A DNA stretch of 20,000 nt from Spirogloea muscicola (Eukaryota). Both the position numbers and the translations under genes were made by a program. Numbering within the stretch: the stretch's first letter is position 1; each line of letters begins with the position of its first letter. The notes beneath the pieces were generated by a model. It was not told the origin of the DNA and searched no databases. It saw only the letters and a list, made by a program, of their open reading frames with translations. Of the stretch, positions 1-10,682 are shown one piece after another. Where the stretch lies: positions 774,008 to 794,007 of the forward strand of contig WELB01000014.1 of the NCBI GenBank assembly GCA_009602725.1, in the 5' to 3' direction.

Positions 1-1219
1 CAGATTTGCATGCTGCCTGCTCATTGTCAGATTGCTCAACAATGCAGGGTGTCAATAAATGTCAAAGAAAGGCGTGGAAGATATTGGCTGTGTCTATCAA
101 TATTATTATGGAGGAGCTAGACACGCTTGATACATGTTCTTGAGCCTCCAGCTTGATATGCCATGATGAAACACTGCATGATTTTCCTGATGGCCAAATC
201 TGCGGTTGTTTCCCCTTAGTTTACTTAAGGTCACAGCTTGCTAGTGTCATTTGTACTATGAATGTACCAAGACAATCATGAAGCACTCCTGCTGCTTCCA
301 TACATTTGTTTGCTTACTACATGTAACCATGTTGCTAAAAGTATCGTGCTACTTTGACTTGACAGAAGTACTGATGCCATTTGTACAGAGGAGGGCATGT
401 TATCAGCACTCGAATGAAGTCAATGGTTCACAACAGATAAAGCGATGCAAGTGCAAGTCCATGGTGCGAGCTCTACATTGTTTACTCTGAGGGATAGGGG
501 GATACATTCTTTCTGATGAGCCCCAACTGCAGCTGCCGCTGTCCCAAATGTGTCCGCTCTGGACTTTCTCAGCCACCATCCTTTTGGAAGAGCGCTTACT
601 ATATAAGGCTTGTTCCTGAGATGAAGCGTGGATGTCCTTCTGATTTAGACTGTCGGGAGGAGGGGATCAGCCTGCAGGCAAGACTCCTGTTGTTGCATCC
701 ACAGGGTAATTGGACCCACCTTGGATGCTTACCTGATCAACGCACAGGACAACATTGCAAGGATCCAGCATCGTGAGATGCAGCCATGGTGAAGGGTGTC
801 CCCAGTCACTACACACATTGGAGGGCAGGCAATGTCCAGCTCTACTTGGCAGCAATGATCCGGTTAATCTACTGATGTTGCTGGTGAGAAGGCATCTTCG
901 GGAGAAGACTTGACCATACAATGCTTGTGTTGACCAGCTTAGTGGCCAAACAAGGTGAGGGGAGCAGATCACCATACTGATCTTTAGCTTGGATGGACAC
1001 ACAGAACACCTCTTTTTACTATGACTCGAAGTATTTGTCTTGCTGACAAATCTTGTTACGCTGACAGTGAAGGGCGGCAGGGGGCCAGCAGGTCGCCTTG
1101 GACTGCAATCTGATTACCATACTTGATACTAGAAGGAGAACATTCGAGTGCACATTTTCTGGCAGCCCTTGTCATCAAGTTTGTGAGGGATCGTTCAAGA
1201 AGCTACATCTGCGGGCAAT

Positions 1220-2300
1220 AATTGTGAGAGGCAGCCCAATTGTCGGGGATAGGACAGCACTGTCAGCAGATTCCAGCGAACATTGGAGACAGTGCTGTGG
1301 ACCATAGCTTAGTGAAAATTTTAAGTGGTTTTGCCTGGCTGGAGCTAATGCTCTCCCGAAGAGGAGGCGGTGGCTGGGGAATGGCAGCCCAGAGGAGTGG
1401 GCAACGTCGGGGGGGGGGAAGCCCCAATACGATTTCAGATTGCTTAGCAAAGGGAGAGAGGCTCTTCATACACCAGCGTGCTGGGCGTGCATTAGCCCAG
1501 GCTAACGGCTCCGGGGTGGTGGTTTGGCTCCTCAATTTGACTTGTCAGATATACATGTGCTCACTCGGGGATATCTAGTGTCCCCCTTAGCCAGCTCCTT
1601 ACCCAGTTAACAGGACTCCGAAAGGAGAGAAGGAAAAGGAGGCGAAAAGGAGCTAGTGGCTGTGGAATGCCAGCGCAGCAGGGTGGACGACAGTCTAGGG
1701 GTAGCCCCAACGTCAGTCACGCGGTAACACAGAACAGCTCTTCCATGGCAAAGGCAGTGAGAGGCCAGCCCAAAGAGAAGGCGCGCGGTGCGCATGAAAT
1801 TGAAAGGGAGGCCACTTCTAGCCTTACAAATGTCCTGTTAACTGGGTGATATGAGCAAAGGAATCAACAAGGTGTGAAGGTGTAAAGAAAAGGTCAAAGA
1901 ACCGGCTGCCCACTGATGGCCAATCAGTCGGTGGAGTTGATTGGAGCTCCACAACGGGCCGTCCATGCATCGAGTAGTGACCTTTATGTTTTGACCCGTG
2001 GTTATTGAGCGGGTCAATCTGCTGTAGGTTATATAGATTTTTAGATGTGCTTGCCTTTGTACCTGGCCATTTGGCCTACATTTCTTTCTAATACACGATC
2101 TCTCCGTCCAGCACGGCCTCTGGCTCTGGCCAGGGGAACCACTTCCAGGAGCCTAGCATCTCTGATCTGCGGCTGCTTAGCAGGGGTTACTGACTGATTC
2201 GTAGCTGCTATATTGCTTCATGTGCTTGTTTCTCATTAGCGCTTCCCCTGGCCCCCTTCTCGTACTCTGTTCATTCATTTTTGGGCTGGCTGCTCCAGCC
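1220..2300. repeat. Modular dispersed repeat block upstream of TPI
   Basis: 1459-1590 ~ 15965-16098 (direct); 1964-2094 ~ 16701-16832 (inverted, high identity); 2116-2137 GCCTCTGGCTCTGGCCAGGGGA = 16673-16694 (direct); 2142-2260 ~ 17147-17263 (direct); further module copies near 1222, 1350, 1735, 1774 and 2263. Confidence 0.85.
1601..1847. mobile_element. 247-bp segment bounded by perfect 16-bp inverted repeats (MITE-like or invertible cassette)
   Basis: ACCCAGTTAACAGGAC (1601-1616) is the exact reverse complement of GTCCTGTTAACTGGGT (1832-1847); no recognisable coding content; no perfect target-site duplication. Confidence 0.5.
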
Positions 2301-2489
2301 CCTATCCTCAATGGGCAAGCACTTTCTTCCGAAAGGGCGTCAACGAGCTGCCTGAACGTGGGCCCGAGCGGACGGGCTACCGGCGTGGGAAGCCGTTCGC
2401 AAAGCCCCAATGGGAGAAGGCCAGTTCAGCATCCCGACACTGCCTCTCAGCGGACCGCTTCCCCCCCAGCCGACGAGCCAGGCCCCCGC

Positions 2490-2510
2490 GCCGCCGCCGC
2501 CGCCGCCGCC
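2490..2510 (+). repeat. (GCC)7 microsatellite immediately 5' of the TPI ATG
   Basis: Seen directly; also supplies a Kozak-like gccgccATGG. Confidence 0.9.
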
Positions 2511-4848
<2,338 letters not shown>

Positions 4849-5557
4849 CGAAAAGAAAAGACGTTTTTTTCATGAGAGGCCGCTACAGACTCAATCTACC
4901 ACATTTTCTTGTTTAGGCAAGAAGATGGCAGCAGGGAATAAGGGTAGTGACAGGGAGAGTCCCAAACATGGCCCATCTCGCACAAAGCTGATGCTTGCTT
5001 GTTGACAGTGTATCAATTGGTCTTGTATTTCTTGGTAGCTTTTTGCACTTAACGTGTCATTTAGCACCAAATACCTGTATCAGCAGAATGGGCATGTACT
5101 TCTCTCGTCTTAATTGTAGACATTGCACTGCACCTCTCCTGAAGAGCTGGCTGTGAGAGATAGCACACTTGTGAAGCACGGCAGGGTAGAGAAGCCGAGG
5201 GTGAAGCTGGGAGGGAAGTTCATGTGTCATCGCCGACTCCACGGTTTTGCATAGAAGGCATGTTGCAAAGCACATTAAAAACATTAGAAAACATGAGGGC
5301 GTGGCTGTGGAAGTTGCTTGGGCAGTCCGCACACTTTGAGGAGGCTCTTCCACCTACTTGATCTGGTACTTAAAACAACATGAAGCATTAGTAAGAACTC
5401 ACATCAGCAATGACTAGCAAGCTGCAGAAAGACCACAGGTAGGAAGTCGTCAGCCAACACTACACCCCAGCAGGCGCTGCTCCCTGCTCCTCAATTTTCC
5501 TGTCGACCTTAAATTGCTTACTCATGGTTACCAAAGTCTGCGCTTAGCCGGCTAGCG

Positions 5558-6098
5558 CACTGTTACCTCGGCCCCCTTAGCGTAGGGCTTCGCTGTATGT
5601 AGCCCACTCTTTGCACTAGAATTTGCCTGCACAATGTATTGGCTTGTTTTGGCCTTCCTTGATTTCATGCGCACCGCATGCCTTCTCTCTAGCATGACCC
5701 CCGTTTCAGATCCTTGACTCGTGTCCAGCATTGTGTCTAAAATGTCTGGCTGGCTCCTCACAAGTAGCTGCCTTCTGTAGCGTGCAGGTAAGTCAGGGGC
5801 GGAATGACTTACAAGGACGGTCCGAAGTTCGCCCAGGTCCCGGTATTTCGTGGTGATAAGCAATGACGTCAAAGTCTGCTAGACTGACCGTGCCGGTCAA
5901 GTTAGCTGGAGCCTGCTGCAGTGGTCAACTTGGTCAGTTGCTAGCTACTCAGACTCGCATCTCCTGACTAGAGGTTACTGAGCGTTCCCTGGCTGATGTC
6001 TAAGTCCCAGCCCTTGGCACTCCGGCTCCTTCAGACCTTGTCCAGTCCTTTGGGCTGCTGGCCTTTCCCAGCCACCAGTCAGTCTGGCCGCGCTTCCT
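5558..6098. repeat. Modular dispersed repeat block between TPI and PanK
   Basis: 5558-5692 ~ 16385-16520 (direct); 5940-6096 ~ 17763-17889 (direct, with one indel of about 25 bp). Confidence 0.85.
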
Positions 6099-6135
6099 AG
6101 TAGTTGCCCTTCGACCAGGTCCGACGATCGCTCTG

Positions 6136-6192
6136 ATTGGCGGGCTGGCCGCCGTCACGTGGTCATGGCGTGGCCGGCAGTGGCGACACGTG
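6136..6192 (+). promoter_or_regulatory. Putative PanK proximal promoter: reverse CCAAT (6136-6140) and two G-boxes CACGTG (6156-6161, 6187-6192)
   Basis: Motif matches at the edge of the GC-rich 5' region; function not demonstrated. Confidence 0.35.
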
Positions 6193-6504
6193 TCCTGTGG
6201 CGGCGGGGGCTGCTGCGACCCAGAGCTCCTTGGCCCGGCAGTAAAGAGTCGGCGGGAAAGAGAGACTGTTAGCACTAACGATCACACTTAGATATACACC
6301 TCGATGTGACGTGCGGCTTGTGCTCCTCGACACTGTCACGTTACTTGTCGAGGGGCCGCGTGATGGGTTACCGACTCGTTGCGCTTTAGCTGATGGATCA
6401 CCGAGAGGTAAGTGAGATGCATTAGGTGTCCCGTCGCCTCCTGTCACTGTCATCCCGTCGCCGAGCGCGCCATCCCTGTCAAGGACAGCTGCCGCGGCGG
6501 CGCA

Positions 6505-6531
6505 GGCGGCGGCGGCGGCGGCGGCGGCGGC
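6505..6531 (+). repeat. (GGC)9 microsatellite in the PanK 5' region
   Basis: Seen directly. Confidence 0.9.
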
Positions 6532-6571
6532 GCTGGCGGCTGCGGCTGCGGGGCCTCGGCGGCGACTGCGG

Positions 6572-9500
6572 ATGCCGGGAGGATGCCGTCGACCCAGCGG
6601 CGTGGGAGGGCGCCACGCCGGCGGCGCGCTTCGGCCTGGACATTGGCGGCACGCTCTGCAAGCTCGTCTACCTGGAGCCCGAGGGCGCCGGCGCTCCTCC
6701 CGCCGCAGCCGCAGCCTCTGCTGCCGCCGACGACGCTCGACTGCGCAGAGCCGCCGCCGAGGCCGGCCCCGACGGTGGCTGCGCAGGGCCGCCGTCTACG
6801 TCTGGCAGGGGTGGCGGCGGCGGCAGCGGCGGCGGTGGCGGCGTCCGGAAGCTCTGGATGCCCAGCCACGCGCCGGTGTGCTTGCTCGGCCGCGGCACTC
6901 TCCACTTCAAGCGCTTCGGTGAGCATCGCGCTACGACGTTTTAAACTGAATGCAGTCGTCAACACTAATACCACAAGAGCCCAATAGGACCTGCGAGCAG
7001 TTAGTAGGACAGGCTCGGGGCTCTCGGTCGGCTACTTCAAGGCTGCCGCCGGCGTTGCCGTCCGCTTGGTCGTCGTACGATGCTGCAGAGACGTGGAGGA
7101 TCGAGGAGTTCCTCGAGGTGTCCAAGGAACACTCGCTGGTCGCTGATCACCACGTCATTGGCGCCACTGGGTGAGGGGCTTGAGCCGATTGCCACCAGCT
7201 GACTGACTTGTCAAGATAGTACAATTGCACAAATTCCCATCCAGCTAGCAAACGTTAGTACACACAGTAGTCTCTTCGAGCAGACGGCTACTTGCCTTGG
7301 TGTACCGCAAAAGAGGGCAGGCCTGGGGCTAAGCCATTCTGATTCTGAGACCCATCAGCCTTGTTTGTCTGCACAACCTCGGTGGTCTCACAATGTCGTG
7401 CACGTCATTGTCCACATTCCGCCTGAACAGCGGAGGGGCTCGCAAGTACGGTCCAAAGTTCTTGGAGGTGGCCGGCCTCAAGCTGCACAAAGCAGATGAG
7501 CTTTCTAGGTACAATGCCGTCTCTTGATACACAGTTGCTGGACAAGCCAACAAGGACCGACATTATCAAGAGCAGATGGCTTAAACTCAGACCTCTGGAG
7601 TTTTGCAGCACACTCTGAGCAGCCTTATGTACTGTGAGAACCAGAGTGTAGGAATACAAGGACTTGTTGACGTCAACACCAGTGGTGTGCGCTGCCTGGT
7701 CAGTCTTGTGCGAGGTGTGGACTTCCTGGCAAGGCATGCTGTTGACGACTGCTTTGAGTATCCCCAAGGTAAGCTTACATGCTGGTGCACACCCATGACA
7801 CAATCAGTATGGTCATTGTCCAGCTTTGAGAGCTGGCCCCTGGTTGGAGGCAGGAGGTTGTGTACACTCAATCCCAGCTCAACAAGAAGCTTTAGGCAAC
7901 AGCCTCAAGACATTGCTCACAACCTGGAGGTCTTTAAACAGGTACTTACAAAGGAGGCGTGCACCAGCGGCCGCTGGACTCGTCATCTGAGACTAGCAGC
8001 GATGAAGATGAGGACCACCATCGTGGCTGCAAAGAGGAGCCCGTCAGTGGCAGTGGCCCTGCCATGGAAAGCGGGACAAAGACGGAGCGCAGGCCGAGGC
8101 CAAGGACCCTGGGCGGCGTGGTCGGCGACAATAAGCTCTTTGGCCAGGACAATGCTTATCCTTACCTCGTGGTATGGGCTGGCCTCTGGCTGAATATGTG
8201 ATATGCTCGCCCATCTTCCATTCCCGTGTTCAGGCCTCAAAATCGAGTGTGTAATTGATGCAATGAGAGAAAATTCTTCGTCTGAATGCCGTTAAGCCCT
8301 CGCAAGTCAGGGATCTGGATTACCTGTTTTGCTCATCCTAGGGCTCGAGCATCCTGTCGTAGAGCAAAGGGCTCCCAGCCGAGGTTGAGCTGCATCATGG
8401 ACCAACAGTCACATTGATTGCAGGTCAACATAGGATCAGGTGTGAGCATCTTGCGGGTGGACTCCGCGAACCAGTTCGAGAGAGTGGGCGGTACCAGCCT
8501 TGGTGGCAGGTACAGGTCATGCCCACCTTGCAGCCCGCTTTCAGCCCAGAATGCAGTTTTAGCATCACTCCTAGAGCACTTCCGCAAATGCTTGCAAGCA
8601 ACGTGCTTGCAACACAAGGGCCATAGCTTCAAAATATTTAGTCTGGATATATGAACTGACCAATACAGGTATCATTGTCAATTTCGCAGTACATTTCTGG
8701 GGTTGACGTTGGCGCTGACTGGGTGCAGCAGGTGCCACTTTACACTTGAAAATTGTTCTGTGTGATGTGGTGGTCTTTGCTCTCTCATAATTTGCTCATA
8801 AGCTCACCATTATCTGACATGCCAGAGTTGGCTTTTCTACCAGTTTTGACGAGGCCATTGACTTGGCAAGCCACGGTGACTCCACACAGATTGACATGCT
8901 AGTTGGCGACATATATGGTGTGATACGACCCAGCAGAAATGTGGGAACCTGTCATGTTTAGTCGCTGCTTCTGTTGTAGATGTTATTGGGGTTATCATGC
9001 ATGCTGCATATGAGCATGTGAAGAATGTATGCAGACGGGACTCAGTGAGAGGTGCTCAAGTTGGTGCTTCAATAGCACCTATAGCACCTGCTTGACCGTA
9101 TGTTTCACACGTTCAAGTAGGTGGTGATTATCCGGAAATGGGGCTCGCAGCAACTACTGTGGCAAGCTCGTTCGGCAAGGTACTCACCTTGCAGAGCTGG
9201 CTACTATACTTTGAAGTGTGTCATGCAAGTCATCTTTTGGGAACAGAACTGCTTTGCAGACTTTGTCAGGCATAGCCTTGCCAATAGGCACATTCAGTCC
9301 ATCAGAAATGAGCATCACTGCGCGACCACTGGCTTACACGCAGCACAGACTAGGTTTTGAGATTTCTTGGAATAATACAGCCTGGCAAGATAAGCGACCA
9401 GCTCACCTACTAAAGTGGGTGAAAGTGGCGCCATTTGTGTATCTCCGTGTACCGTCGTCCATGTGTGACAAGAGATTGTCTTGTACTAAGCAGCTTGTGC

Positions 9501-10257
9501 AGCCAAAAGGAAAGAACGGGACGAATGGTGCCATGAGCGAGGCATGCCACCTGGCCAAGGCAGCGCTTTTGATGGTCACAAACAACATTGGCAGTATAGC
9601 AATGCTTCACGCCAAGTCTGCAGGAGTGAGATTTATCCTATTTGCTGGGAGCTTCCTCTACAGCAATAAGGTAAGATCCAGCTCTGCTAGAGCTACTTAA
9701 GCGATTGACGTCTCTTGTCAGTTGCATCATGCTAGCATGCGCCTCTCAAACTCACCATGAGCTTGCCGCAGCAGCCACTCTGGTGCTAGCACTAGACCAC
9801 AAGTTTGCCATTTGAGATGTTGGGTATGGGAGATTTCGATAGTGACCGGGGTGCTTGTTGACACTGAGTTGGTGTTTGGTTTGTGCAGTTGGCAATGAGG
9901 CTGCTTGCTGTGGCCGTTGAATTCTGGTCCAAGGGCAGCATGAAGGTACCGCCACCATCTTGTGCATCTTGCACCTATAGATCTGCTGATGTAAGCTAAA
10001 ACGCGACTTCAAGTGCACATATTACGACGTTCAGTAGCTCTGCGCCAACTTGATGTGGTTCTACTAGATGTCAATAACCACAAGGCGCAATCTTCCAAGC
10101 TATGTACCCGTCCCACTCTTTTCTACAGGCTGTCTTTATGAGGCACGAAGCCCATGCTGGAGCTGTGGGGGCCTTGCTGGGCGTCCTTGATGGATCTGCG
10201 CTTTCTGATGATGCGTCAGAGAAAGTAAATCAAGGGCCTTGTAGAAGCGATTGCTGA
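6572..10257 (+). CDS. PANK: Type II (eukaryotic, Fumble-domain) pantothenate kinase, stand-alone; exons ?-6918, 7089-7170, 7431-7508, 7704-7768, 7942-8171, 8424-8509, 8690-8731, 8844-8917, 9121-9179, 9494-9670, 9889-9945, 10129-10257; start codon uncertain
   Basis: Motifs in order across GT-AG exons: RFGLDIGGTLCKLVY, LHFKRFET, IGATGGGARKY, KADELSSLVRG, YPYLVVNIGSGVSIL, FERVGGTSLGGSTFLGL, IDMLVGDIYGGDY, VASSFGK, NNIGSIA, FWSKG, VFMRHEAHAGAVGALL; TGA at 10255-10257. No C-terminal DUF89 domain. The ATG at 6572 is one base out of frame (see findings). Confidence 0.93.
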
Positions 10258-10682
10258 TAGCCTTCACTTCACAATTGCAAGGGGCAAGTTGTCCAGTTCA
10301 AAATCCCACTTCGTAGCACTACTTAATTGCTGCCGACCACTAAGACTTTAGTACGAGCTCTAGCTGAGCTACACCGAGATACAACAATCATCATCAAAGT
10401 GGTCATCTAATTGCACAACAAGTAAGTCATCCCCCCAAGCAGGCCAAGCACAACATGATCGTCTTGGCTGATGTGATAAGTTGCTGGCTATTTGAAAATA
10501 TACACTGGTGTTTAACAGTGTCTAAGTAGAAGGCTGAAACATGGATACGTGCCAGACTAAAAGTAGGCACAATGAGAAAGAGTGTCAAGGCTTCAAGAAT
10601 CAGAATTTACAAGACAGAGCGATAATCAGTCCAGATAAACGGATGGCATCAGATTGCCGTAAATTGCTTTGTGCAGGTCACC

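Noticed and set aside
160..194. GCCA-TGATGA...CTGA-TGGC resembling a box C/D snoRNA with a terminal stem
   Set aside because: Only about 35 nt, too short for a eukaryotic C/D snoRNA, and no rRNA antisense element was recognised.
6412..6987. Multiple overlapping long ORFs in several frames (likewise 2220-2889, 13035-13743, 19388-19915)
   Set aside because: Expected in very GC-rich, stop-poor sequence; only the frames carrying TPI, PanK, FtsHi3 or HIP motifs are supported.
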